Below are positions 1-9,862 of a DNA stretch of 59,262 nt, in pieces. Numbering within the stretch: position 1 is the stretch's first letter; each line of letters begins with the position of its first letter. A program made the position numbers and the translations under genes. The DNA is from Gemmatimonadales bacterium (GTDB lineage Bacteria > Gemmatimonadota > Gemmatimonadetes > Gemmatimonadales > GWC2-71-9): positions 1 to 59,262 of the forward strand of contig JBBRGF010000001.1 of NCBI GenBank assembly GCA_038240975.1. The letters run 5' to 3'. Below the pieces are notes generated by a model. It was given only the letters and a program-made list of their open reading frames with translations, ran no database searches and was not told where the DNA came from.

Positions 1-1054
1 CGCCCGATTGCGAGATGCCCACGACGAGCGTCCGCTGGTCCACCACAGGGTTCCGATACCGGAACTCCGAGGCATACTCGACTTCCACCGGAACCCGGGC
101 CATCTCCTCCAGCATGTATTCGCCGATGAGCGCCGAGTGCCATGACGTGCCGCAGGCGGTGATGATGATCCGCTCGAGTCCCTTGAGCTGCTCATCGGAC
201 AGGTTGAGACCGGTGACGCGCGCCGTGCCTTCGTCGTCGAGGAGGTGGCCGCGCAGCGCGTTACAGAGGCTCTCCGGCTGTTCGTAGATCTCCTTGAGCA
301 TGAAATGGGGAAACCCGTTGCGCTCGACCATGGCCAGGTCCCAGTCGATCTGGTTGACCGGCTTGCTGATCCGCATGGTCTCGAGGTTGCGCACGCGGTA
401 GCCTTCACGGGTGAGCACGACCATTTCACCGTCGTCCAGATAGACCACCGAGCGCGTATGCTGAAGAAGCGGCGAGGCGTCGGAGGCGACGAAGAACTCG
501 TTTTCGCCGACGCCCACGAGCAGCGGCGAGCCCTTCCGGGCGGCAACCAGCACACCCGGCTCCTCGCACGAGATGAGTGCGAGGCCGTAAGCGCCGTCGA
601 CGTCGCGCAACGCCGCCGCGAGCGCTTCCTCGAGGTTACCCTGATAGAACTCGCCAACCAGATGGGCGAGGACCTCGGTGTCGGTTTCGGACTTGAAGGT
701 ATGGCCCCGCTGCTCGAGCGCCTTACGGATAGCGCTCGAGTTCTCGATGATGCCGTTGTGAATGAGGGCGATCCGGCCGGACTGGTCGGTGTGGGGATGC
801 GCGTTGGTGGCGGTGGGCGCGCCATGGGTGGCCCAGCGGGTGTGGCCGATGCCGAGCGTGCCGACGGGCATCGCATCCTTGAGCTCCTGCTCGAGAACGG
901 TCAGCTTGCCCGCCGCCTTGGCGATCTTGAGACCCGCCCCGTTGACCACGGCGATGCCGGCCGAGTCGTATCCGCGATACTCGAGGCGCCGCAGGCCCTC
1001 GATGATCAACCCGGCGGCCTGCCGGGGTCCGATGTAGCCCACGATGCCGCACAT
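1..1054 (-). CDS. glmS: glutamine--fructose-6-phosphate aminotransferase (isomerizing); N-terminal ~351 codons, 3' end runs off the window
   Basis: Absent from the ORF track because it is open at the window edge. Reverse-strand translation from ATG at 1054 reads MCGIVGYIGPRQAAGLIIEGLRRLEYRGYDSAGIAV (class-II amidotransferase N-terminal Cys). It continues to ERIIITACGTSWHSALIGEYMLEE (SIS domain) near position 1. Confidence 0.9.
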   Translation of the reverse strand, partial: MCGIVGYIGPRQAAGLIIEGLRRLEYRGYDSAGIAVVNGAGLKIAKAAGKLTVLEQELKDAMPVGTLGIGHTRWATHGAPTATNAHPHTDQSGRIALIHNGIIENSSAIRKALEQRGHTFKSETDTEVLAHLVGEFYQGNLEEALAAALRDVDGAYGLALISCEEPGVLVAARKGSPLLVGVGENEFFVASDASPLLQHTRSVVYLDDGEMVVLTREGYRVRNLETMRISKPVNQIDWDLAMVERNGFPHFMLKEIYEQPESLCNALRGHLLDDEGTARVTGLNLSDEQLKGLERIIITACGTSWHSALIGEYMLEEMARVPVEVEYASEFRYRNPVVDQRTLVVGISQSG

Positions 1055-1065
1055 CGAGACAAGCC

Positions 1066-2472
1066 TCAGCGCAAGAGTTCTCGGGCCGCCGCGACCAGAT
1101 CTTCGGCCGCGCTGGCGGTGGGAGCTTCAGCTATCAGTCGAACGATTGGCTCGGTTCCGGAGGGTCGCACATGAAGCCAGCGATCCTGCCATGAGAGCCG
1201 CAGCCCATCTCTCTCATCCGGCTCCGCATCCGGGAATCGATCTCTCAGCCGATCGTACATCGGCCGCAACTCCGGACCGCGGGGACCCTTCGCTTTGACG
1301 ATGGTGTACCGAGGCGCCGCTGCAACAAGTTGCGATACTGTTAGTCCAGACGTGGTAAGGAGATGCAAGATCAAGGCCACGCCCAGTGGTGCATCGCGGC
1401 CGATGTGGAGCGCGGGAAACATGACCCCTCCGTTTCCCTCGCCTCCGATGACGGCTCCCTCGTCCCGAATCGCTCTAGCCACGTTGGCTTCGCCAACCGG
1501 AGCGCGAAGCAGTCGGGCTCCGGCCGCTCGTGCCGCATCTTCAACAACCAGGCTCGTGGAAAGGTTCACCACGACCACCTGGCCTCCCGCGGTGCTGCCG
1601 CGAACGCCCAACACCGCCCGAATCGCGAACGCCAGGGTGTAATCCTCGCCGATCGGCCGCCCGGTTTCGTCGACCAGTGCCAACCGATCGACGTCGGGAT
1701 CGACCGCCAGACCGATCGAGGCCCCGCTCTGCTGTACCAGGGCACCAAGCTCGCCAAGGTTTTCCGGAACCGGCTCGGGCGCCCGGGGAAAGAGGCCGTC
1801 GGGCTCCAGATTGATTCCGCTCACCCGGCAAGCGAGTCGTTCGAGCAACGGCACTATTGCCGTCACTCCGGCGCCCCGCACACAGTCGAGTCCAACATGG
1901 AAGCGCCGCTCCCGAATGGCGGTGACATCGATCATTGACAGGGCGAGAATGGCGTCGAGGTGCCGGGCCACCGCCTCGTGATCGTGTCTCACCTCACCCA
2001 GGCCCTCCCATCCCATTCGCGCCGGCCCTTGCTCGACCAGCGCCCGAACTCGGGCTCCCGATGCGGCGTCGAGAAAGATGCCGTCCGAGCCCACGAACTT
2101 GAGTGCGTTCCACTCGATGGGATTGTGACTGGCGGTGAGAATGAGCCCGCCGCCTGCGTGGTGATGCTCGACGGCCATCTGGACGGTCGGCGTGGGCACC
2201 ACGCCCAGCTCGATCACGTCCACGCCCACCGACATGAGTCCCGAGGCCGCCGCGCTCTCGAACATCGGCCCGCTGGTGCGCGAGTCACGGCCGATCACCA
2301 CCGCGGGCTTGCGGCCGCCGTCAGTCGAACCGGCTTCACCGACCCAGGCTCCGAAGGCGGCGGCGTGCCTGGCCACGAGCTCTGGTGTGAGGTCGGTACC
2401 CACGTGACCCCGCATCCCGGAGACGCTGATCATCAGAGTGTCGGACATCAAAGACCGGTGCCGAAACGGCAA
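1066..2472 (-). CDS. alpha-D-phosphohexomutase (phosphoglucosamine / phosphomannomutase family)
   Basis: 468-aa ORF with the phosphoserine loop LILTASHNPIEWNALKF. It lies directly upstream of glmS on the same strand. Met9 (2448) is an alternative start. Confidence 0.85.
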   Translation of the reverse strand: MPFRHRSLMSDTLMISVSGMRGHVGTDLTPELVARHAAAFGAWVGEAGSTDGGRKPAVVIGRDSRTSGPMFESAAASGLMSVGVDVIELGVVPTPTVQMAVEHHHAGGGLILTASHNPIEWNALKFVGSDGIFLDAASGARVRALVEQGPARMGWEGLGEVRHDHEAVARHLDAILALSMIDVTAIRERRFHVGLDCVRGAGVTAIVPLLERLACRVSGINLEPDGLFPRAPEPVPENLGELGALVQQSGASIGLAVDPDVDRLALVDETGRPIGEDYTLAFAIRAVLGVRGSTAGGQVVVVNLSTSLVVEDAARAAGARLLRAPVGEANVARAIRDEGAVIGGEGNGGVMFPALHIGRDAPLGVALILHLLTTSGLTVSQLVAAAPRYTIVKAKGPRGPELRPMYDRLRDRFPDAEPDERDGLRLSWQDRWLHVRPSGTEPIVRLIAEAPTASAAEDLVAAARELLR

Positions 2473-3573
2473 TCAGATGGGAATGGGGAGGGCTGAGACG
2501 TCGGTGAAGGCCTTCTGAAACGCGTCCACCACGCGGGGGTCGAAGTGGGCGCCAGCGCAGTGCTGCAGCTCTCTCACCGCATCGGCCGGCGTGCGCGAAG
2601 GACGGTAGGCCCGATTGGTCGTCATCGCATCGAAGGCGTCGACCACGGCGACGATGCGCGCTTCCACCGGGATGCTCTCGCCCACGAGGCCGTCCGGAAA
2701 GCCGACTCCGTCCAGCCGCTCGTGGTGAGAGCGCACGATTCCCAGTACCACCGGTGACTCGGCGAGGAAAGGAGCGAGGATCCGTTCACCCAGCGCCGTA
2801 TGACCCTTGATGTGCTCGAACTCCTCGGGGCTCAGCGGCCCGGGCTTGTTGAGGATGTCCTCGCGCGTGCCGATCTTGCCGATGTCGTGCAGCTCGCCGC
2901 CCAGGCGTACCTGCTCGAGACGGTCGCCTGTGTACCCGAGCTGGACGGCGGTCTTGACCGCATAGCGAGCTACCCGCGCGGAGTGGCCGCTGGTGTAGGC
3001 GTCCTTGGCCTCGAGGGCGTGGACCAGCATCTGCACTCCGTTGATCATCGACTGCCTGTTCAGGCGGTCGAGCTCTCGAACGCGGCTCTCGAGGTTGGCC
3101 TGGTAGTACCGATTCTTGAGTACGAGATCCCGCTTCTCGAGCGCCTTGTCGACCCGGGCCCAGACCTCCTCGACCATCGCTGGCTTCGAGAGATAGTCGA
3201 GGGCGCCGATTCTCAAGCATTCGACGGCGGTCGACACCTCCGACACACCGGTCAGCATGATGACCGCCATGTCGGGATAGAGACTCAGCGCTTCTCTGAG
3301 GAAGGTGACGCCGTCGAGTCCCGGCATGTGAATGTCGGAGATGCACAGTGGCACCGCCCCCTGCTCGCGCAGCAAGGCGAGGGCTTCGGCGCCGGAGGCA
3401 ACCTGGGTGACCGCGAGGCCGTGAGCTTCGATCACGCGCGCCAGGCTCTGCCGCGCCTGACCGTCGTCATCGACGATGAGGCAGCGCGCCTCGATGCTGC
3501 CGGATTGGGTTGCGCTCACGGCTCGAAGGTAACCGCGGACCGCCCCCCTCTTCAACCGAACCGCTCGCGCCAT
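2473..3573 (-). CDS. response regulator with HD-GYP (c-di-GMP phosphodiesterase-type) output domain
   Basis: 366-aa ORF. CheY-like receiver (CLIVDDDGQ...DIHMPGLDG) followed by an HD-GYP domain (ELHDIGKIG ... HHERLDGVGFPDGL). GTG at 3519 is a plausible alternative start. Confidence 0.85.
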   Translation of the reverse strand: MARAVRLKRGAVRGYLRAVSATQSGSIEARCLIVDDDGQARQSLARVIEAHGLAVTQVASGAEALALLREQGAVPLCISDIHMPGLDGVTFLREALSLYPDMAVIMLTGVSEVSTAVECLRIGALDYLSKPAMVEEVWARVDKALEKRDLVLKNRYYQANLESRVRELDRLNRQSMINGVQMLVHALEAKDAYTSGHSARVARYAVKTAVQLGYTGDRLEQVRLGGELHDIGKIGTREDILNKPGPLSPEEFEHIKGHTALGERILAPFLAESPVVLGIVRSHHERLDGVGFPDGLVGESIPVEARIVAVVDAFDAMTTNRAYRPSRTPADAVRELQHCAGAHFDPRVVDAFQKAFTDVSALPIPI

Positions 3574-3607
3574 TACGCTTCTCCCACCCCATTTTCCCCG
3601 GCCTCAG

Positions 3608-4780
3608 ATGACCAGGATCCTGCCCCACGATCACGACCATCACTTCGCCACCCGCTCGGTTCACGCCGGTCAGATCGCGGAGCCGCTTTCGGGCGCCGTG
3701 ATGACCCCGATCTACCAGACCTCCACATACATCCAATCGGCGCTGGGAAAGCACAAGGGCTACGAGTACGCCCGCACCCAGAATCCCACCCGCGAAGCAC
3801 TCGAGCGCAACGTGGCGAGCCTCGAAGGCGGCGAGCACGGCTTCGCCTTCGGGTCAGGACTGGCGGCGCTCGACACCGTGCTGAAGCTGCTGCGCTCCGG
3901 CGACCACGTCGTGTGCGGCGACAACCTCTACGGAGGAACGCACCGCCTGATGGAGCGGGTGTATACCGAGTTCGGCGTGCGCTTCGCCTTCGTGGACATG
4001 CGGGACATCGGCAACATCGAGCGCGCCGTGACGCCGTCGACCCGAATGATCTATTGCGAGACCCCCACCAATCCCATGATGAATCTCGTGGACCTCTCCT
4101 CGGTGGGCGACCTCACGAAGTCCCGCGGATATCTCTACGTCGTCGACAATACCTTCGCTACCCCCTTCTTCCAGAGGCCGCTCGAATCGGGCGCCGACAT
4201 CATCCTCCACTCGACGACGAAGTATCTCAACGGCCACAGCGACATGATCGGAGGAATGCTGGTCACCGCACGAGACGATCTGGCCGAGCGGATCGGCTTC
4301 CTGCAGAACGCCGCCGGCGGGGTGCCGGGACCCATGGACTGCTGGCTGGCGCTTCGGGGAATCAAGACGCTGCCGCTCCGCATGCGGCAGCACGATGCGA
4401 ATGGCCGCGTGGTGGCACAGTGGCTCACCCGGCGCCCGGAGATCCGCAAGGTGTACTACCCGGGACTTCCATCGCATCCGCAACACGACCTCGCCTGCCG
4501 ACAGATGACCGGCTTCGGCGGAATGATCTCGTTTGATCTGGGCGACCCGGCCGCCGCCAGGCGCTTCGTCGAACGCACCCGCATCTTCGTGCTCGCCGAG
4601 TCGCTGGGCGGGGTCGAGAGCCTGGTGGGACATCCCGCCACGATGACCCACGCCTCGGTGCCGGCGGCGATGCGACAGACACTGGGGCTCACGAACAGTC
4701 TGGTGCGGCTGAGCTGCGGGGTCGAAGACTCGGCAGACCTTCTGGCCGACCTCGATCAGGCTTTGTCTGTAGCAACATGA
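3608..4780 (+). CDS. Cys/Met-metabolism PLP enzyme (cystathionine beta-lyase / gamma-synthase / gamma-lyase family)
   Basis: 390-aa ORF with the family signature around the PLP lysine (ILHSTTKYLNGHSDMIGG). The N-terminal ATRSVHAG...PIYQTSTY is typical of trans-sulfuration enzymes. Confidence 0.85.
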   Translation: MTRILPHDHDHHFATRSVHAGQIAEPLSGAVMTPIYQTSTYIQSALGKHKGYEYARTQNPTREALERNVASLEGGEHGFAFGSGLAALDTVLKLLRSGDHVVCGDNLYGGTHRLMERVYTEFGVRFAFVDMRDIGNIERAVTPSTRMIYCETPTNPMMNLVDLSSVGDLTKSRGYLYVVDNTFATPFFQRPLESGADIILHSTTKYLNGHSDMIGGMLVTARDDLAERIGFLQNAAGGVPGPMDCWLALRGIKTLPLRMRQHDANGRVVAQWLTRRPEIRKVYYPGLPSHPQHDLACRQMTGFGGMISFDLGDPAAARRFVERTRIFVLAESLGGVESLVGHPATMTHASVPAAMRQTLGLTNSLVRLSCGVEDSADLLADLDQALSVAT

Positions 4781-4832
4781 AACAAGCGCGAGGTCCTGCC
4801 GTAGTTGAGCCGTCACCAACCTCGAGAAGAAC

Positions 4833-5855
4833 ATGACCGGTACACTCCCGGCTCCCCGCCCCCGGCGGATCTTTCCTCAGATCGCCCCGGTATCATGGGA
4901 GCATCCCGCCGACCGTGCCGCGCTGCAGACGCTGCGAGGCGTCCCGGGTGTCGACGATATGATCCGCAAGGTGCTGGCCTTTATCGGCGGCGAGCGCGGC
5001 GTGCGACTTCTCTTTCAGGGTAACGCAGTGCGCCTCGGGCCGGCGCAGTTTCCCCGGCTCTGGCACCTGCACAACGAGATCGTGACGACCTTCGACTGGC
5101 CCGACGTGCCCGAGCTGTACGTGTCCCAGACGCCGTTCTTCAATGCCGGTGCCTACGGAATCGACAAGCCGTTCATCGTCGTTCACTCGGCGGCGATCGA
5201 GCTGCTCGACGACGACGAGCTTCGTGTGCTCCTGTCCCACGAGCTCGGACACGTGATGAGCGGGCATGCCCTCTACCGCACCATTGCCGCCATCCTGGCG
5301 CTCATAAGCCTCGGCGCGCTGCCCGCCCTCGCGGGCCTGGCGGTGCTGCCGATCCGTCTGGCCTTCCTGGAGTGGTCTCGCAAATCCGAGCTCTCAGCCG
5401 ACCGTGCCGGCCTCGTCGGACAGCAGGACGTGGTTGCCGCCCAGCGGCTCGACATGAAGATGGCGGGAGGCGGGCGCGGCAGTGCCTTTGCGGGCGAGTT
5501 GAACGTGGAGGCCTTCATGGAACAGGCCCACGAGTACGTCGCGGCCGGCGAAGGGCTCGACATCGTCTACAAGGTGCTGAGCACGCTCGCGCTCACCCAC
5601 CCGATGCACACCGTCAGGGCGGCGGAGCTTCAGCGGTGGGTGGCCTCGGGTGAGTACGACCGCATCCTGCGGGGGGAGTACACCCGACGGGGAACCGAAG
5701 CGAGCGACCGGTCGCTGCGCGACGACATGGGCGCGGCCGGGAGCTATTACGCGGGCGAAGCGCGAGAGATCGTGACCCACGTGACGGATGCCGCCAAGCG
5801 GGCGGCGGAGCGGGCCCGAGAGGCGTTCCGCAACGCACAGAAGCAGTCTCCGTGA
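4833..5855 (+). CDS. M48-family zinc metallopeptidase
   Basis: 340-aa ORF with the HExxH motif HELGHVMSGH, followed by hydrophobic helices and ELSADRAG. Confidence 0.75.
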   Translation: MTGTLPAPRPRRIFPQIAPVSWEHPADRAALQTLRGVPGVDDMIRKVLAFIGGERGVRLLFQGNAVRLGPAQFPRLWHLHNEIVTTFDWPDVPELYVSQTPFFNAGAYGIDKPFIVVHSAAIELLDDDELRVLLSHELGHVMSGHALYRTIAAILALISLGALPALAGLAVLPIRLAFLEWSRKSELSADRAGLVGQQDVVAAQRLDMKMAGGGRGSAFAGELNVEAFMEQAHEYVAAGEGLDIVYKVLSTLALTHPMHTVRAAELQRWVASGEYDRILRGEYTRRGTEASDRSLRDDMGAAGSYYAGEAREIVTHVTDAAKRAAERAREAFRNAQKQSP

Positions 5856-7132
5856 GGATCATGGTCGTCGGGGGCGGAGGGCGCGAGCACACGATCTGCT
5901 GGGCCCTCCGCCGGGAAAACCCCGATGCCGATCTGTACTGCTCACCCGGCAATCCAGGCACCGCCGAGCTGGCCACCAATCTCCCCATCGCCGCCGACGA
6001 CACCGACCGTCTCGCCGACGCGGCCGACATGCACGGTATCGATCTCACGGTTATCGGGCCCGAAATTCCGCTCGCCCTCGGCCTCGCCGACAGGTTGCGG
6101 GCGGAGGGCCGGGCGGCGTTCGGCCCCAGCCGGATGGCGGCGCAGATCGAGGCATCCAAGGCCTTCGCCAAGGAAGTCATGTTCGCCGCTCGAATTCCGA
6201 CAGCCGAGAGCGCCACGTTCGAGGACCTGACGAGTGCGCTCCGATTCGTAGATGCCCATGCCGAGCCGCTGGTCGTAAAGGCGTCGGGGCTGGCGGCCGG
6301 CAAGGGGGCGGTAGTCTGTGCCACACGGCGCGAGGCGGCGGGAGTGGTGCGCGCCATGGTCGGCGAAGGAAAATTCGGCGCCGCGGGACGCACCGTGGTG
6401 ATCGAGTCGTTCCTGACCGGCGAGGAGATCTCGGTCCTCGCGGTCACCGACGGACGGGACTTCGAGCTGCTTCCGGTGTCGCAGGACCACAAACGCCTTC
6501 TCGAGGGCGACGCCGGACCCAACACGGGAGGGATGGGCGCCTACAGCCCGGTATCGGTTGCTACACCCGCGTTGCTCGAGCGAGTGGGGCGCGAGGTGAT
6601 TGCCCCAACGCTCGGCGAGATGCGCCGCCGGGGCACTCCGTTCTCCGGCGTGCTGTACGCCGGGCTCATGGTCGATGACGGCGGGACGCCATCCGTCGTC
6701 GAGTTCAACTGCCGGCTCGGCGATCCGGAGACGCAAGTGGTGCTGCCGCTCGTGTCCGATGGACTCACGGATTGTCTCTGGCGGGTGGCGCACGGCCAAG
6801 GCGTCTCGCCCATCAGGCAGCGGCATGGCGAGGCATCGGTGACGACCGTACTGGCTTCGCAAGGATATCCGGACGACCCGAGGCGCGGCGCGGCCATCTC
6901 GATTCCCGACGCACTGCCCGACGGCGTCACGGTCTTTCATGCCGGCACCGCACGTGGTCCGGATGGGACGCTTCGAAGCAGCGGAGGACGGGTCCTCAAC
7001 GTGACCGCGGTGGCTCCGGTGTTCGCCGAGGCACAGCGCAGGAGCCGCGAGGCGGCAGAGGCGATCGACTTCGAGGGAAAGGTGTTTCGCCGGGACATCG
7101 GCTGGCGCGAGGCGGAGCGGGCGAGCGTGTAG
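5852..7132 (+). CDS. purD: phosphoribosylamine--glycine ligase
   Basis: 426-aa ORF with N-terminus MRIMVVGGGGREHTICWAL and an ATP-grasp core. GTG 5852 overlaps the upstream stop. ATG 5861 is an alternative start. Confidence 0.92.
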   Translation: MRIMVVGGGGREHTICWALRRENPDADLYCSPGNPGTAELATNLPIAADDTDRLADAADMHGIDLTVIGPEIPLALGLADRLRAEGRAAFGPSRMAAQIEASKAFAKEVMFAARIPTAESATFEDLTSALRFVDAHAEPLVVKASGLAAGKGAVVCATRREAAGVVRAMVGEGKFGAAGRTVVIESFLTGEEISVLAVTDGRDFELLPVSQDHKRLLEGDAGPNTGGMGAYSPVSVATPALLERVGREVIAPTLGEMRRRGTPFSGVLYAGLMVDDGGTPSVVEFNCRLGDPETQVVLPLVSDGLTDCLWRVAHGQGVSPIRQRHGEASVTTVLASQGYPDDPRRGAAISIPDALPDGVTVFHAGTARGPDGTLRSSGGRVLNVTAVAPVFAEAQRRSREAAEAIDFEGKVFRRDIGWREAERASV

Positions 7133-7143
7133 ATTTCGTCGCG

Positions 7144-7968
7144 ATGCCCGAGCTTCCCGAAGTCGAAACCATCGTCCGCGACATTCGCCCCTCCCTGCTC
7201 GGCCGCCGTTTCGGGCGCGCCACGTTGAGCCACGACGACGTGCTGCGCGGCGTGACTCGCCGCCGCCTCCTCCGGCAGCTCAAGGACGCCCGGGTCGAGG
7301 ACGTTTTCCGCCGCGCCAAGCATGCGGTGATCGATCTGGGCGCGCATCGGCTGGTGATCCAGCCCGGCATGACGGGATCGCTCGTCGTGCACGACGAGCC
7401 CATCTCCCCGGAACGCTCGCGCTACGCCGTCCTCCGTGTTCCTCTCGACGACGGGCGCGAGTTGGTCTACGACGATGTCCGCCGCCTCGGCACGCTGCTG
7501 CTCCTCGACCGGCGAGGCTGGGAGCGGTACAGTGCCGCGCTCGGACCCGAGCCGCTCGACCCGGGATTCACACCCCAGGAGCTGGGTTCCGCGCTGGCCG
7601 GATCGAGGCAGGCGATCAAGAAGACGATCATGGATCAGCGATATCTCGCGGGGGTGGGCAACATATACGCAAACGAAGCGCTCTTCGCGGCGGGCATCGA
7701 TCCCTCCAAACCGTCCAACCGCTTGACTCCCGATGACCACGCCAGGTTGTACACCGAGATCCGCAGAATTCTCAATGCCGCGATCGAGTCGAAAGGCAGC
7801 ACGGTGCGCGATTACCGCACCGGTACCGGGCTGCCGGGGAATTTCCAGCTCGAGCTGCTGGTGTACGAGCGCGAAGGCCAGCCGTGCGTCCGCTGCGGAA
7901 CCAGGCTGGCGGGCACCCACGAGATCGACGGCCGCATCACGGTCTTCTGTTACCGGTGCCAGCGGTGA
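7144..7968 (+). CDS. mutM: formamidopyrimidine-DNA glycosylase
   Basis: Internal ATG of ORF 6772..7968. N-terminal MPELPEVETIVRDI (catalytic Pro2/Glu3) and C-terminal zinc finger CVRCGTRL...VFCYRCQR. Confidence 0.9.
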   Translation: MPELPEVETIVRDIRPSLLGRRFGRATLSHDDVLRGVTRRRLLRQLKDARVEDVFRRAKHAVIDLGAHRLVIQPGMTGSLVVHDEPISPERSRYAVLRVPLDDGRELVYDDVRRLGTLLLLDRRGWERYSAALGPEPLDPGFTPQELGSALAGSRQAIKKTIMDQRYLAGVGNIYANEALFAAGIDPSKPSNRLTPDDHARLYTEIRRILNAAIESKGSTVRDYRTGTGLPGNFQLELLVYEREGQPCVRCGTRLAGTHEIDGRITVFCYRCQR

Positions 7969-9068
7969 GCGGACGCCGGTCCCGGCGGGCCGCTCACCTT
8001 CCCGCCGGCGACCTCGATGAGCTGCGGAATCGCGTCCGCGCGTTGGCGGAGAATCGTCCGGCGGTGTACCAAATGCTCGACCCGACCGGCCGGATTCTCT
8101 ACGTCGGCAAGGCCAAGCGCCTCCGCACCCGGCTGCTCTGCTACTTCCGGGCGGCGTATCCAGACGACAAGGCGGCCCGCATTCTGTACGCGGCGTCGAA
8201 TATCACCTGGGACTATGCGCCGAGCGAGTTTGCGGCGTACCTGAACGAGCTGCGACAGATCCGACGGTACCGACCACATTTCAATCACCGCGGCAACGTG
8301 ACCCGTCGCTCCGTGCTCATCAAGATCTCCAGCGATCCGGCGCCGCGGGTCTATGCCGGAAGCAGCGCGTCCCGCGATGATGCCGGATGCTACGGTCCCT
8401 TTCGATCGCTGGCGCGCACCAACGAGGCGGTGCGCACGCTCAACGATCTCCTGGGCCTCCGCGACTGCACCGCCAGGATGCCGACCGTGTTCGCCGGCCA
8501 GGGTGATCTCTTCGAGCAGCCGCGGCAGGCGGGATGTCTTCGGCACCAATTCGGTTTCTGCAGCGGGCCATGCGCGGGATTCGTCGCTGAGTCGGAATAT
8601 CGGCAGCGCGTCGAGACGGCGGCGGCATTTCTGGAGGGCCGCACCATCCAGCCGCTCGACCGGGTCATTGCGGCGATGCAGGAAGCCGCTGCGGCCGGGC
8701 GCTTCGAGGTGGCCACACGCTGGCGGGAACGCTTCGAGCAACTGGAGTGGCTGTTGGCCGCGACGAGCCGAGCTCGCACCGCCCGCGATCTGCTCACCTT
8801 CGTCTATCGTGACCCTGGAGTCTTCGGCGACGACCGGGTTTACCTGATTCGGCAGGGCGTCGTTCGAGCCGCGTTTCCATTTCCCAGCACGCCCATCGAG
8901 CGTGAAGCATTCCGCGCCGTCGTCGCCGAAGAGGCGGAGCGGCCGCCGGTACCGACCGGTCCGTTGCCGCTCGACTCGATTGACGAGATCCTGCTTCTGA
9001 CGGCATGGTTCCGCGCGCACCCGGATGCGCTCAGGCGGACGACGCCTTATGGGGACTGGTTGAACTAG
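7965..9068 (+). CDS. UvrC-N-terminal-half homologue (GIY-YIG nuclease + Cys-rich/UVR-like segment), Cho-like
   Basis: GIY-YIG motif VYQMLDPTGRILYVGKAKRLRTRLLCYF and FGFCSGPCAGFVAESEYRQRVE...FEVATRWRERFEQLEWL. No RNase-H-like or HhH C-terminal half. GTG 7965 overlaps the mutM stop (GTGA). The longest ORF starts at 7884. Confidence 0.75.
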   Translation: MSGRRSRRAAHLPAGDLDELRNRVRALAENRPAVYQMLDPTGRILYVGKAKRLRTRLLCYFRAAYPDDKAARILYAASNITWDYAPSEFAAYLNELRQIRRYRPHFNHRGNVTRRSVLIKISSDPAPRVYAGSSASRDDAGCYGPFRSLARTNEAVRTLNDLLGLRDCTARMPTVFAGQGDLFEQPRQAGCLRHQFGFCSGPCAGFVAESEYRQRVETAAAFLEGRTIQPLDRVIAAMQEAAAAGRFEVATRWRERFEQLEWLLAATSRARTARDLLTFVYRDPGVFGDDRVYLIRQGVVRAAFPFPSTPIEREAFRAVVAEEAERPPVPTGPLPLDSIDEILLLTAWFRAHPDALRRTTPYGDWLN

Positions 9069-9241
9069 GAGGGTCGTCCTGCACAGGAGACAGTCGGAGC
9101 GCACTCGTCGACGATTCAAGATCGCAGGTCATTCTGTTTCAATTACTTCCTCCACTGCAATGCATGGCATTCGACCTGCCTGTTCCGGGGTTCGTGCGCA
9201 TTCGGCGCGCCTGTGGAAACCATGTGCAGCAGGAGGTCCAG

Positions 9242-9862
9242 ATGATCAAACGACTCGCGTGGGCCGGCGCCATCACCGGCCTTTACCTGGCGGCACCGCT
9301 CGAGGCTCAGCGCGCCGCGACGGGCTCCCTTCAGATCACTCCGTACGCCGGCTACATCAAATTCGGAAACATCGCCAACGGTCCTCTCGGCACCAGCCTT
9401 CGCAATGCCGGAGCCGTGGTCTACGGTGGAGAGCTCAGCCTCGGCCTGGTCCCTTCGCTTGCGCTCGTCGGCAACGTGGCCTACTCGCAGCCGGACCTTC
9501 AGATCGGTGCGCCGATTCTCGGCGGTGTCTCGATAGGGCAGACCTCGGTTCTCCTCTATGACGCAGCTCTGCGGCTGCGAGTGCCCACCGGCGGCGTGCT
9601 GCCGCTCAGCCCCTTCGTGCAGGCAGGCGCGGGCGCGATACGGCAAAACATCGACGTGAGCCCGGTCAGAACTCATTCCACGAGCTTCGCATACAACGTC
9701 GGCGCCGGGGCGGACCTCGCGATCGCGCCGCGCATCGGACTTCAGCTCTTGGCCAAGGATTACATCGGAAAGTTCGACTCGCGGGAGGCGACCGCGCTGA
9801 ACGTGGGCACGAAGACCACGCACAACTGGGCGCTCAGTGCGGGGCTGCGGCTGGGATTCTAG
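9242..9862 (+). CDS. small outer-membrane beta-barrel protein (signal peptide, C-terminal Phe)
   Basis: Internal ATG of ORF 9005..9862, preceded by AGGAGG. Signal peptide MIKRLAWAGAITGLYLAAPLEAQ, alternating beta-strand pattern, C-terminal ...SAGLRLGF. Confidence 0.7.
   Translation: MIKRLAWAGAITGLYLAAPLEAQRAATGSLQITPYAGYIKFGNIANGPLGTSLRNAGAVVYGGELSLGLVPSLALVGNVAYSQPDLQIGAPILGGVSIGQTSVLLYDAALRLRVPTGGVLPLSPFVQAGAGAIRQNIDVSPVRTHSTSFAYNVGAGADLAIAPRIGLQLLAKDYIGKFDSREATALNVGTKTTHNWALSAGLRLGF

Noticed and set aside
1055-1065. glmS ribozyme upstream of glmS.
   Set aside because: Only 11 nt separate the glmS start from the upstream phosphohexomutase stop, so there is no room for the roughly 170-nt ribozyme.
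245-1174. Long ORFs antisense to, or out of frame with, well-supported genes. Examples: 245-1174(+), 2800-4536(+), 12020-13684(+), 27704-29260(-), 32821-34392(-), 37860-38912(-), 39420-40754(-), 45205-47049(+), 46478-48136(-), 48200-49495(-).
   Set aside because: Their translations are Arg/Gly/Pro/Ala-rich low-complexity strings without recognisable motifs. Each overlaps a gene with clear family signatures in another frame or on the other strand. Stop-poor alternative frames are expected in high-GC DNA.
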